Below, piece by piece: positions 9,013 through 17,579 of a stretch of DNA of 36,337 bases. Under the pieces are notes generated by a model, which made no database searches, was not told the origin of the DNA, and saw nothing but the letters and a program-made list of their open reading frames with translations. Source of the stretch: a virus. How positions within the stretch are numbered: position 1 is the first letter of the stretch; each line of letters opens with the position of its first letter. Position numbers and translations under genes: made by a program. Location of the stretch: IMG/VR virus record IMGVR_UViG_3300031224_000002. The stretch is one strand, 5' to 3'.

Positions 9013-9035
9013 GTTGTATTAGGTTATTGGATACG
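9011..9035 (-). promoter_or_regulatory. 25-nt leader, copy 2 (identical to 157-181)
   Basis: Exact match to 157-181. It ends in the ATG of the 8689-9012 gene. Confidence 0.6.
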
Positions 9036-9053
9036 CGCCGAAAATCAAGACGC

Positions 9054-9082
9054 AAAAAAGCCGTCACCCTTTCGAGTGACGG
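9054..9082 (-). terminator. Intrinsic terminator
   Basis: Minus-sense sequence: CCGUCAC-ucgaaagg-GUGACGG-c-UUUUUU. It lies directly after the capsid-proximal small genes. Confidence 0.75.
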
Positions 9083-9116
9083 ACTCTCTATACTACCTTA
9101 AAAGCCGCTATTAAAC

Positions 9117-9332
9117 TTAAGTAGCGATCAGGCCTTTTTCGCGCAATACCGCGAGGATGCTATTTACTGCGGTTCCTGCGGTCGTGCCGTCTGCTGCTGG
9201 TGTAATGTCGGCGATTGCCGCTACTTGATCGGTAGGAGTCGCACCGTGAAAGGCAACGAGATCAGTCGATGCTTCTCCGATTAAAACTCCGCCGTCTTGA
9301 GCGCCGCCGCCTGTGATTATATTTTTTGCCAT
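9117..9332 (-). CDS. Small Gly/Ala/Thr-rich head-associated protein (unknown)
   Basis: A 71-aa ORF two genes downstream of the capsid gene, followed by a strong terminator. The motif VAFHGATPTDQ...LREKGLI resembles small proteins I recall next to capsid genes. This is unverified. Confidence 0.5.
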   Translation of the reverse strand: MAKNIITGGGAQDGGVLIGEASTDLVAFHGATPTDQVAAIADITPAADGTTAGTAVNSILAVLREKGLIAT

Positions 9333-9356
9333 GATTTTATTATTTGATTGTTAGTG

Positions 9357-9626
9357 TTAGTCAGCCTTCTTGACTGCCTTCTTGACTGCCTTCTTGATTT
9401 CAGGTTTCTCGGTTTTACCCTCGAACGATTTGCCCAGGATCAACTTATTCGCGACCTTGAACTTTTTATTACGAACCCGGCCAGAGCCAGAATCCCAAAG
9501 CTCGCAAGTGCCGCTTTTAGGCGTGAGAGTTTTGAACTCCGCACGCGCTTCGGATGCACTTGCAAACCATTTGAGGATAGGCGCTTTTGCGCCGTCCTCG
9601 TTTATGATTATGATTGAACTTCTCAT
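9357..9626 (-). CDS. Hypothetical protein (89 aa)
   Basis: The ORF has its ATG at 9626, 5 nt after the capsid gene stop. It ends in a Lys-rich KAVKKAVKKAD repeat. Confidence 0.5.
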   Translation of the reverse strand: MRSSIIIINEDGAKAPILKWFASASEARAEFKTLTPKSGTCELWDSGSGRVRNKKFKVANKLILGKSFEGKTEKPEIKKAVKKAVKKAD

Positions 9627-9631
9627 CGGGA

Positions 9632-10522
9632 TTAGGCGCTTACGATGCGTTTGATAGCGGCAGGGTTGCCGAGTGCATAGCCGTAATTAATTTCAAGAAC
9701 TCGATTAGTCGTGTCAGTGTCTGGGTTAGTCCACTCGCGATAAACGAGAGTCAAACCGCTGACCGGATCTGTGAACGTCTCGAAGTTGATGACGCCGGAT
9801 GGATCTTCGGGGACGAGAACGCGGGATGCCCAGAGTATAGCGTCAGGGTTAGCAGCGAAGCCGACAAGGTTTTCGCCATTGGCAGGAATCAACGTGGACT
9901 TGAAGCAGTCGAAGCCACCTACGCGAGACACGATGCCGCTCTTGATAGCGCCGTCGCCGCCATATGCAGATGCGTCGTTGATCGACGTGTCCTTGAGCAT
10001 GTTGCCGTAATAAGTCTCCTTTAGTATCAGCGAGCGCATGAACTCAGGCCAATCGGCAGTGTCACAAACAACGCTCAGGTCAATTACATCGTCCGAGTCG
10101 AAATTTGTAGCAAGCGAAGTGAGCCCAGCCGCGCCAAAGTTGGCGGCAGTGATCGGGCTCCAGATGTCTTGCAGGAATGCTTTTGCGAGTTGGTTCGCCT
10201 TGTTGTCGATGAACATTTCGCCAGCTAGCTGGGGATTGTCAGCAAGTTCGGCAGTAGTTAGACCCCAAGAAACGTATTTGCGCTTGTTGATGGTGATGTC
10301 TTTGCCTTCCGCGTTTGCGTCTTGCATGGTATAAGAACCCGCGAAGTCTCCCGCAGCGTCTTGAGACGATACGAATGGAACCTTTACGACTCCACCGCGT
10401 TGCACGGTTTCGTCAGAAAAGTTATTTGAGAAGCGATTCGCGGGGGTAATTTTCGCGACGAAAGCCTCAAAGATACGCTGCGCTAGCAACGTATGGGCCA
10501 TGTTGGTTATTGTGTTAGCCAT
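9632..10522 (-). CDS. Major capsid protein candidate
   Basis: A 296-aa ORF immediately downstream of the protease/scaffold gene, with a G-poor CAAACCAATAAAATCAA leader. The call rests on position and size, with no motif proof. Confidence 0.7.
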   Translation of the reverse strand: MANTITNMAHTLLAQRIFEAFVAKITPANRFSNNFSDETVQRGGVVKVPFVSSQDAAGDFAGSYTMQDANAEGKDITINKRKYVSWGLTTAELADNPQLAGEMFIDNKANQLAKAFLQDIWSPITAANFGAAGLTSLATNFDSDDVIDLSVVCDTADWPEFMRSLILKETYYGNMLKDTSINDASAYGGDGAIKSGIVSRVGGFDCFKSTLIPANGENLVGFAANPDAILWASRVLVPEDPSGVINFETFTDPVSGLTLVYREWTNPDTDTTNRVLEINYGYALGNPAAIKRIVSA

Positions 10523-10547
10523 TTGATTTTATTGGTTTGGTTGTGGA

Positions 10548-11579
10548 TTATCGGTTGGATTTGTTTTCTTTTTGAAGTGTCGCGAGATGCTTTTGACGGA
10601 ACTGATCGCGCTCTTTAGGCGTTTTAAGTTCGCCGTATTGCTCGGTAATACTCTTGCCGCTTGGTGCGCTTTCGTCGTTCTCAGGTTCGGCGATTGCCCC
10701 CTGAGTTTGAAGCCCTACGATCTCAGCGGCTTGAGCTGCGACGGCTTGCGCGGTGACGGCTTCGGCTGCTTCAAGTTCGGCTTTGTGATCTGTATTCATT
10801 TTCTGAATACGATCATTAAAGTCTGTTACTTGATTTTGCAAGTCAGAAATCGTGACGGAGTTTTCAGCGAGTGCGTCGCAGTTGCTTGCGTTTTCATTGT
10901 TGAGTGTTTCAACCTCGGATTTGTGTTTCGATTGCAGACTCGCGACGATCTTTTCAATCGGCAGAGTCGTTTCAGCTTTAGCGGCCACGGCTTGCATGTC
11001 AGCAAGCGACGCTGCGGCTTTCATGCCAGTCTCGATGTGGTCAATGAAGCCAGCTTCGAGTGCTTCGTCAGCAGTCAGCCAAGTCGTATCGTCCATGAGC
11101 GCAGTCAGTTCGTCAGCGTCGTAGTTGCTGCGCCCGTATGCGTTCACGATTGCAGACTTCATCTTGTCCATCAGGTCGGCGTCTTTGCGCAGTTGCTCAG
11201 AGTCTCCGATGCTGACAGTCCAAGGGTTGTGAATCATCAGCAGCGCGTTGTCAGCCATGACGATTTCATCGCCAGCCATTGCGATGACAGATGCCATCGA
11301 AGCGGCGAGGCCGTCAATGTAAACAGTGACGCTTGCTGCGTGACGCTTGAGTGCGTTAAAGATTACGTTGCCTTCGATGATACAGCCACCGGGCGAGTTT
11401 ACGCGGAGGTTGATTGTTTCGACTTCGTTGAGGCTTTCAAGCGACGCGATAAAATCGTTCGCTGTAACGCCCCATCCGCCGATTTCGTCGTAAATATAGA
11501 TTTCGGCGTCAGAAGTCGAATTGCCTTCGGCGTCAGTTTTTTGCTCCATTGCATACCAGTTATTGGGTTGAGTTTTCAT
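10548..11579 (-). CDS. ClpP/S49-type prohead protease fused to a coiled-coil scaffold-like C-terminus
   Basis: The protease-type motifs are AEIYIYDEIGGWG, NSPGGCIIEG and AASMASVIAMAGD. The C-terminal half is Ala/Glu/Gln-rich. I chose the start at MKTQ (11579); the alternatives are 11621 and 11549. Confidence 0.8.
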   Translation of the reverse strand: MKTQPNNWYAMEQKTDAEGNSTSDAEIYIYDEIGGWGVTANDFIASLESLNEVETINLRVNSPGGCIIEGNVIFNALKRHAASVTVYIDGLAASMASVIAMAGDEIVMADNALLMIHNPWTVSIGDSEQLRKDADLMDKMKSAIVNAYGRSNYDADELTALMDDTTWLTADEALEAGFIDHIETGMKAAASLADMQAVAAKAETTLPIEKIVASLQSKHKSEVETLNNENASNCDALAENSVTISDLQNQVTDFNDRIQKMNTDHKAELEAAEAVTAQAVAAQAAEIVGLQTQGAIAEPENDESAPSGKSITEQYGELKTPKERDQFRQKHLATLQKENKSNR

Positions 11580-13101
11580 TGTGTTTTTCTTTAGTGGTTT
11601 TTGTAGTTGGCTCATCCTCATCGTCAGCCTCCTCGACTGGGATCGGATCGCCGGGCTTGGCTAGTGTGCCGAGGTCAGAAACCTCGATGTTAAATTCTGC
11701 TGCGATGTCTTGGCGCAAGACGACGTTCGCCGCTAGCTTGCGCAACATTTCTTCGTAGTCCATGCCGCGAGCTTCGACGATACTGTCCTCAGTCGTGAGT
11801 CCAGCGCGTAAGTCTTCGATGTCAGCTTTGCGCATGCGCCCTTCATCGACCGTAAAGTTCGCGGGCTTTGTAAAGCCGATCTTATACCAGTCCTCGGGTA
11901 GATCATAAGTGCCTTGCTTGGCGCGTTTCGCGATCACGTAGAGCGCAGCTCGTTTCATTGCCGACTCGATCACTTCGCAGCGTGCCGCGATTGATTTGTT
12001 TATGTCAGCCGCGAAGCCGCGAACGCCAGCGCCGCCGATAGCGGAACTGTCCAACATTTCGCGACGCCAGCCCATTGCATAGAACGCAGAGCTTTCGACG
12101 AGCTTGGTAAAGTTTAGCCATTGGTCAGACGGTCGCGCCGATTCGTGCGCTTTGAGTGAGCCGCCATTCTTGATGTAGCGAATCATGCCGCTGTCCATAA
12201 GCTGCGTCTGCATACGCCCGCCGCCGCTTGGAGATGGATTGACAATTGAGTTGCCCATATCGGCGCGTCCGGTCTCGTTTGACTCAACCATCGTGAGCGC
12301 AGAATTGACTTTCTGACTGATCTTCTCCGCGTCGCGTGTCTCGCTTAGGTCATACCAGTCGAGTATTGCAGCGGCGATTGACGGTTGCCCGCGCCCTTGA
12401 GAAAACCATTCATAGTCGGTAACGTGGATGACGCCATTGGCGGGCACGTCTTGAAAGCCTGCCGCGCGTGAATCGTCTTTGAAGCGATACGCGAGCGGCT
12501 GCATGAAGTCATCGACGATCACGCCAGAGAAAATGCGACGCCCTTTATATTTGCCTTCTTCGATGTGAGTCTTGCCTTGCATCTCAAATGCTCCGCACCG
12601 GTGCGCTTCAAGATATTGCAATTTAGGAAAGCCACTCTTTGGGTCTTCTGAGAGTAGAATGAAAAAGTCGCCATCTACATCGAGCGTCTTCGAGCCGAGC
12701 CATGCTGACTTGCGAAATGAGAAGCCCGCGCCGCGCTGGTCGAGCATTCTGTCAATCTGAGCAAAGTCCTTTTCAACTGCTTCGGCGAACGCTCTGTCTT
12801 TCGAGTAGCTTTGCATTCTCCATGAACCGCCGTAAACGTAGTTCGCCTTCTGTTTCACTGCGCCGCTGACAGTCGAGAATGCTTGGTAGATGTAGCGCGA
12901 ATCACCGAGAAGCATCTTGTGGCGATTCTCTACGATCAATTCTGCGATGTCGCGAGCGAGTTTTCCGCGCCCGAACCTGCGTTGATCGTCCATGCCTCCG
13001 GGGTAGAACTCATTTGAGCCGCCGCGCCCCCAAAATGACTGCCAGCCCGTTTGAGTGGCTTGCTTGATGCGCGGTAAAAGTTTGATCGAATTGACTGCCA
13101 T
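11560..13101 (-). CDS. Portal protein (lambda-type by context)
   Basis: A 513-aa ORF taken from the ATG at 13101, which lies 1 nt after the upstream stop. The track start at 13131 is a TTG. It is located between a GpA-type terminase and the protease. Confidence 0.8.
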   Translation of the reverse strand: MAVNSIKLLPRIKQATQTGWQSFWGRGGSNEFYPGGMDDQRRFGRGKLARDIAELIVENRHKMLLGDSRYIYQAFSTVSGAVKQKANYVYGGSWRMQSYSKDRAFAEAVEKDFAQIDRMLDQRGAGFSFRKSAWLGSKTLDVDGDFFILLSEDPKSGFPKLQYLEAHRCGAFEMQGKTHIEEGKYKGRRIFSGVIVDDFMQPLAYRFKDDSRAAGFQDVPANGVIHVTDYEWFSQGRGQPSIAAAILDWYDLSETRDAEKISQKVNSALTMVESNETGRADMGNSIVNPSPSGGGRMQTQLMDSGMIRYIKNGGSLKAHESARPSDQWLNFTKLVESSAFYAMGWRREMLDSSAIGGAGVRGFAADINKSIAARCEVIESAMKRAALYVIAKRAKQGTYDLPEDWYKIGFTKPANFTVDEGRMRKADIEDLRAGLTTEDSIVEARGMDYEEMLRKLAANVVLRQDIAAEFNIEVSDLGTLAKPGDPIPVEEADDEDEPTTKTTKEKHNENSTQ

Positions 13102-13102
13102 G

Positions 13103-13456
13103 CTAATATCGACTCCCTGCGTTCTGCGCAAAGCGTGCGCGTGTGACGTTGGTTACTTGATCATCTGCATCGAGAACGAATGCCTCAAGTTCGGCGTCGG
13201 TCATTTGAATACCAGTTGCGCCGCCAGTCGTGATTATCTTATAAAGCGAGCGAAGATTTTCGACGAACTCAGAAGCCGACCAGCCGGGCGGCAGTTCGTA
13301 GGAAAAGGTTTTGCCTGCCACCGATGCGTTGATGATTCGCGCTCCGCCTCGGCTCTGAGTTTCGTATTCGCCGAGCGCGAGCGTCTCGATAAGCGCGAGC
13401 GTTTGCGCCACGTCCTTGCTGGCTTTGATCCAGATTGCGAATAGTAGAGACCTCAT
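13103..13456 (-). CDS. Protein in the gpW (head-tail joining) position
   Basis: A 117-aa ORF taken from the ATG at 13456. The track start at 13495 is the TTG of a TTGACA hexamer. It lies between the large terminase and the portal. Confidence 0.5.
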   Translation of the reverse strand: MRSLLFAIWIKASKDVAQTLALIETLALGEYETQSRGGARIINASVAGKTFSYELPPGWSASEFVENLRSLYKIITTGGATGIQMTDAELEAFVLDADDQVTNVTRARFAQNAGSRY

Positions 13457-13457
13457 T

Positions 13458-13495
13458 TGTATCCACAAGTTGGATACAGAATGCGGGTTTGTCAA
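13458..13495 (-). promoter_or_regulatory. TTGACA plus TGTATCCA-N5-TGGATACA inverted repeat
   Basis: Minus-sense sequence: TTGACAaacccgcattcTGTATCCAacttgTGGATACAaATG. The 8-bp arms are perfect (plus strand 13458-13465 and 13471-13478). Confidence 0.5.
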
Positions 13496-13503
13496 TTTGC
13501 TTT

Positions 13504-15288
13504 TTACTCAGACTCTCGCCCGACTTCTGACCAATCCACCATTGACTCGGCGAGCGCCACCATGACCTCGCAGTCATAGTAGTGATCGTCGCGATTCGTA
13601 TTGATCCAATCGTGGTAGGTCGAACCGTCTGGACGCGTCTTTACAATCTTCGCCCATGCGTTGATCTGAGCATCGTATTGCGCCCCGGCGTCGTCGGAGT
13701 GCGTCCAAAGCGGCAGGCCTTTGTTGTCTTTCAGGCCTCGAAGTAATGAGAGTTTATTTTTCGCCGATTGCTTCGAGAATTGAATCTGCTTGCAGAACCG
13801 CCGCCCGGCGTTGCCCGTTCCTTCGTCGGCGTCAATGCGCTGCGGCTGATTGTAGATTTGCCGTGATCCGTCAGGCGCTTTGAAATCCTTTGCGGGCTCG
13901 CCGCGCAAGACAATCCAGCCCATCTCGGCAGCGAGTCTTTGCACTTGTGCCGTGTTATAGTTGCCGTCGATAAAGACGCGGCAGCCGGGATAGCCCCACG
14001 GATTCTGAGGAATGTCAAAACGGTTGCACGCTTCCTCAATCTCGTATTCAGTCGATACTCTGCCGCGCTCGATTAAGCGCGATCTCAGCTTGCCGTCGAT
14101 CATTGCGAACTGACGAATCGCGAAATAATAGTGATCTTTTTGAACGTCCACCCCAACGAACATAAGCGACTTCTGCGCGTCCATCAGTTCGCCGAGCTGG
14201 TAGCCTCCCGCAGCTGAGTGTGAAATGTCCGCGCTCATGTAGTCGGCCTCACTCCAAGGCTCGGCCAGCCGCTTGCGGATAAAGTTCTCAAGTGGTTCGA
14301 GGTTGCCGCGCTTCCGGGAAATGTTTGCAAGTTTAAACTGCTCGACGAGCGACGGCCAAGGAATGTGCGCCATCGCATTGTAGTTAAAAAACTCAAATTC
14401 AGCCGAGCCTTTCGGGTTCGTGGCGATGTATTGCCCGGACTCATTGCGCCGCTTCTGCGCTGCGATGCCCGGCTCGTTGCGACCGCCGCAGAGTTGGCAC
14501 TCGTAGAAAACGGAATCCTTGAGCGCGTCCCAGTCGATCACATCCCCGTCCATGTAATCGGCTTTTGCCGCCCATCGCATACCGCCGACCGGGATCGCGT
14601 CACCAATTGCAGGCGCTCGCCAGATGTATGGAATCAACTCGCCGCAGTAGTCACATTTGACGTGCCAGCGCTTTTGCGTCGAGCGTTGCCACATAGCGTC
14701 AAGCTCGCCGCCCTTGGTCTGCCCGGACGAGGGAAGAAACATTTGCCATGACCAAGCGAACGAACTCGTCCGGTCTTTGATCTGGTCTAGCCAGTTTTCG
14801 CCATACGCCCATGACTCGTCTGCGCTCACTCGCTCCAATGTCTTCGAGTTTCGAGAAGCTAGAACATTAGCAGACAGCAGGCGAATCGCGCCGTAGTTCG
14901 TCGATGTATAAAATTTCGTTTTGCGGTAGAGTTGATTTGGAATCAATCGAGTGATCGCTTCGGTCGAATCAATCAGCGGCGTGAACTTGTCATCGCTGAA
15001 CTCTTTAAGTGCAGACTCGGTGAGGTCATACATTGCCGCCCGCGCCGGATCTGTTGCCAGTCCGTAGAGTTGCCAAAGTTGCGCGGTCAGAGTTTTGATG
15101 TGCTGCACCGATCCAATCAAGCCGACATATTTTCCGCGAGTCGTCGCGAGCGTTTCCATCGGCTCACGCATTAGCGGATGATTCGCCATATCGAATGCGC
15201 CGTAGTCAAGCGACGTATTTCGCTCACACCACTTGCGCGGGCTGATCGGTTTGTAGTCTACTAGTTTAATTTTACCTGTGCAATTCAT
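13504..15288 (-). CDS. terL: Terminase large subunit, GpA (lambda) type
   Basis: A 594-aa ORF. It has HPLMREPMETL..VGLIGSVQHIKT near the N-terminus and the Cys pairs VKCDYCGELIPYIW and FYECQLCGG, as I recall for the GpA family. Confidence 0.85.
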   Translation of the reverse strand: MNCTGKIKLVDYKPISPRKWCERNTSLDYGAFDMANHPLMREPMETLATTRGKYVGLIGSVQHIKTLTAQLWQLYGLATDPARAAMYDLTESALKEFSDDKFTPLIDSTEAITRLIPNQLYRKTKFYTSTNYGAIRLLSANVLASRNSKTLERVSADESWAYGENWLDQIKDRTSSFAWSWQMFLPSSGQTKGGELDAMWQRSTQKRWHVKCDYCGELIPYIWRAPAIGDAIPVGGMRWAAKADYMDGDVIDWDALKDSVFYECQLCGGRNEPGIAAQKRRNESGQYIATNPKGSAEFEFFNYNAMAHIPWPSLVEQFKLANISRKRGNLEPLENFIRKRLAEPWSEADYMSADISHSAAGGYQLGELMDAQKSLMFVGVDVQKDHYYFAIRQFAMIDGKLRSRLIERGRVSTEYEIEEACNRFDIPQNPWGYPGCRVFIDGNYNTAQVQRLAAEMGWIVLRGEPAKDFKAPDGSRQIYNQPQRIDADEGTGNAGRRFCKQIQFSKQSAKNKLSLLRGLKDNKGLPLWTHSDDAGAQYDAQINAWAKIVKTRPDGSTYHDWINTNRDDHYYDCEVMVALAESMVDWSEVGRESE

Positions 15289-15438
15289 AACCAGTCAGTT
15301 GTCACGATTCCTTCGTTCCTCATTCATGATTCAGTTCTACGGTTCTGGGAGCTACCCGAATTTAAAGCCGCAGCTACTTCGCTTTGGGCATTCAGATTCC
15401 ACCCCGCGATACCACTCTTGACCGCACTTACTGCAAAC

Positions 15439-15606
15439 TCAAAAATACCGCAGCCCCCGAATAGCAAGAGCGGCTTCCTCCGTGATTCCATTTTTTCCGC
15501 TTTCGCGCTTGTTGACCGTTTCGCGACTGACTTCCAGCCTTTGAGCTAGAGCCGTCTGCGACAGCCCTAGCTCTTTGCGAGCGTCCTTATATTCGCGGGC
15601 ATCCAT
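15439..15606 (-). CDS. XRE/Cro-type helix-turn-helix protein (55 aa)
   Basis: Manual translation: MDAREYKDARKELGLSQTALAQRLEVSRETVNKRESGKNGITEEAALAIRGLRYF*. It contains the classic LGLSQ..LA..L.VSR.TV...E.G HTH pattern. Its ATG overlaps the upstream stop (TAATG). It is below the ORF-track cutoff. Confidence 0.7.
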   Translation of the reverse strand: MDAREYKDARKELGLSQTALAQRLEVSRETVNKRESGKNGITEEAALAIRGLRYF

Positions 15607-15830
15607 TATGCTTCGAGGCTCGCAGAAAGTTGACCCTTATTCCAAGCAGCGCAAAGCAAGCTTACGATTCCAGTCCCTATCGGACCGCTATGCTTTACGA
15701 TCATAGCGTAAAGGCGCTTATCTTGCACTGGAGCTTTAGCCGCGCCAGATTCAAAAGCATCACGCCCGAAGGATTCCGCGATGATGATATCAGATGCTTG
15801 GTCGTTTGTGAGTTGTTTTGCGTTGTTCAT
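15606..15830 (-). CDS. Small protein of unknown function (74 aa)
   Basis: The track start at 15857 is a GTG inside an inverted repeat. The first ATG is at 15830 (MNNAKQLTNDQ...). The gene is translationally coupled to the HTH gene. Confidence 0.55.
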   Translation of the reverse strand: MNNAKQLTNDQASDIIIAESFGRDAFESGAAKAPVQDKRLYAMIVKHSGPIGTGIVSLLCAAWNKGQLSASLEA

Positions 15831-15840
15831 GCTTTTGAAT

Positions 15841-15859
15841 ATGTGGCATATTCCCACAT
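15841..15859 (-). promoter_or_regulatory. Inverted repeat ATGTGG-N7-CCACAT (operator candidate)
   Basis: Plus-strand sequence: atgtggcatattcccacat. It lies 11 nt upstream of the ATG at 15830, in the 49-nt gap after the preceding gene. Confidence 0.4.
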
Positions 15860-15879
15860 GCGCAAGCTTTATTTGTGCA

Positions 15880-16689
15880 TTATGTCACTTTTATTTCTGT
15901 GGTGTTCTCAAAATAGTTCTCGCCCTCGCTTATCATGCAATCAATCGCCCACTGAGGCAGGTTGACGTCGCTAGGCGATTTCGCGACGGCCTTCATTCCC
16001 TCAAATATTCGACCGCCCAGAACCATTGCGGGCAGCAGATTGTAAACGTCATTCGGCGTCTCGCAGTCAGCGATCACCTCGCAGACTTCTTTCAACTGCT
16101 TGCGCACGCAGGCGTTCCCGGCGTAGACAATCGCTTTGAGTATGCGCTCGACTTCCTTTTTTGTAAGCGTCTCGCCCTTCTGGATTCCTAGCTTCTTCTC
16201 ATCGAGCGCCGTCTCCCTTATTTGCTTGTCAATCTTGAGATAGGCATTTAGCGCAACCTTCTCCCGCTCGCTATTCCCGTTCGCCTTCGCTATCTGTAAC
16301 TCGGCCAAATACTCATCGCGCAACTCATCCGGGGATTTCGTGTCAGACTCGGCTTTATAAATCTCCGCCTTTATGTCGTTTTTCTTCTCGTAGGCCTTCA
16401 CCCACTTGACGCACATATTCTTTGCCTTAAGTCCCTCGTAGCAAAGCGCGTCATCTTGGTCGAACTTGACCCCCGCCTTTTTTGCCCGGTGGATCGTCGA
16501 ACGCTGGACTTTGAATTCATCCGCCAACTCCAGGTCGGTCTTGTCTGGGCGCATCCCATCTCTCTCCCGCTCGGCGTTGTCCAGAGTCTTAGTTTCCGCC
16601 GACGTCAGCGGCCTGCCCGCTTTGACCTTCGCAACGATGTTCGCGAGGTTCTTTTTACGGATCGCGTCGAATGGATTTTTATCAATCAT
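15880..16689 (-). CDS. Terminase small subunit candidate (HTH-containing)
   Basis: A 269-aa ORF with an HTH-like segment LADEFKVQRSTIHRAKKAG and a charged helical remainder. It lies upstream of terL, separated from it by two small genes. The assignment is positional. Confidence 0.45.
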   Translation of the reverse strand: MIDKNPFDAIRKKNLANIVAKVKAGRPLTSAETKTLDNAERERDGMRPDKTDLELADEFKVQRSTIHRAKKAGVKFDQDDALCYEGLKAKNMCVKWVKAYEKKNDIKAEIYKAESDTKSPDELRDEYLAELQIAKANGNSEREKVALNAYLKIDKQIRETALDEKKLGIQKGETLTKKEVERILKAIVYAGNACVRKQLKEVCEVIADCETPNDVYNLLPAMVLGGRIFEGMKAVAKSPSDVNLPQWAIDCMISEGENYFENTTEIKVT

Positions 16690-16775
16690 ACGCCGCTTGG
16701 ATCTTGGAGCGTTGAGGTCGGAGTCGAACCGCCTGCAGTTTCTTGATTATACCTGCGTAGATGGCGCGGTTTATT

Positions 16776-17579
16776 TTAGTCTTTTCCATTTGCCTTGATT
16801 AGCTTGTTGTTTTTAAACTTTCTAAAGTTGCAAGAATGCTGATACCTTCCCCAGCGTTTATTTATTTTACATACGTCTGGATGCTGGTCTCTTAGGCTTT
16901 TTGCCATCGCATAGCGCCCATCAAATTGTGAATCTTGCTGATAAAGCTGGTCTGTGTTTCCGCCTTTCATTGTCATCGTCGCCGACTTGTCGCAGAGCAG
17001 GCCATTAAATAACATAGTGCAATAGCCCTGCTTTAGAAATCTGATCGAAAGATCAGTGTCTTCATTATATCGGCCTCGCCACCTGGTCGAGACTTTGTTT
17101 GAAAGTAACATGCATGAGTAAACTCTGGTGTTCATCGTGACAGGCAGCTTGGCCGCTCCCTGTGCCGTCGATGAGTTAGTCACAGCAAAGCCCGTGTATT
17201 GCATCCCCGCCATCGGCACATTGACAAATCTAGAGACAAACTTTTCTATTAAGTCAAAGTTAGAGCGGTCCAGAACTGCCACTCGTTTTTTGTTTTTAAG
17301 GATGCGAAAGCCAGAAATATTATCGTCAAGAATCCAGTGTGAGGCGTGACCCTCTTGAATCGAGTGCTCCCACACCCAATTACGCGCCGGTATTCCACCA
17401 AGTCCAAGGTTTGAAAATGGCAAGGTTAGTATCTTTGACGGCTCAATGACAGAGGAGTAATCCGCAAATTCTTGCGGCTCTATCACAATGCGATAAGAAA
17501 CGCCCATAAGCTCCAGGGCTTTAGATGTGAGCCGCGATTCGTGCCGACCTTTTGAAATAATGTAAATTGGTGTAGTCAT
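16776..17579 (-). CDS. Glycosyltransferase-like protein (GT-A/TET-associated-GT-like candidate)
   Basis: A 267-aa ORF taken from the ATG at 17579; the track start at 17603 is a TTG. It has an N-terminal PIYIISKGR strand-loop and a WILDDN acidic motif, as in GT-A DxD enzymes. The resemblance to the TAGT family is from memory only. Confidence 0.45.
   Translation of the reverse strand: MTTPIYIISKGRHESRLTSKALELMGVSYRIVIEPQEFADYSSVIEPSKILTLPFSNLGLGGIPARNWVWEHSIQEGHASHWILDDNISGFRILKNKKRVAVLDRSNFDLIEKFVSRFVNVPMAGMQYTGFAVTNSSTAQGAAKLPVTMNTRVYSCMLLSNKVSTRWRGRYNEDTDLSIRFLKQGYCTMLFNGLLCDKSATMTMKGGNTDQLYQQDSQFDGRYAMAKSLRDQHPDVCKINKRWGRYQHSCNFRKFKNNKLIKANGKD

Noticed and set aside
10572-11594. A 340-aa plus-strand ORF, the longest ORF on the plus strand.
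   Set aside because: It lies entirely antisense to the ClpP/S49 protease-scaffold gene, whose motifs are unambiguous. Its translation is Cys/Phe/Val/Arg-rich low-complexity sequence with no motif, and it has no upstream start context. It is a shadow ORF.
13269-14039. Alternative-frame minus-strand ORFs of about 100 aa (13269-13577 and 13731-14039, with similar cases at 3607-3933 and 20211-20618).
   Set aside because: They are embedded in longer motif-bearing genes (terminase, tail protein, primase/helicase) and are Arg/Ser-rich, as is typical for off-frame readings.
16703-16765. A tRNA-like T-arm on the minus strand (GGCGGTTCGACTCCGAC...CTCCA), suggesting a tRNA gene or a tRNA-derived attP core. 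There is also a perfect TATAAT at 16751-16746.
   Set aside because: Only about 30 nt look tRNA-like. The T-stem has a G-A mismatch, and no D-arm, anticodon arm or complementary 5' acceptor strand exists within 90 nt. No integrase is encoded. The TATAAT has no usable -35, so I left it unannotated. tRNAscan-SE would settle the tRNA question.
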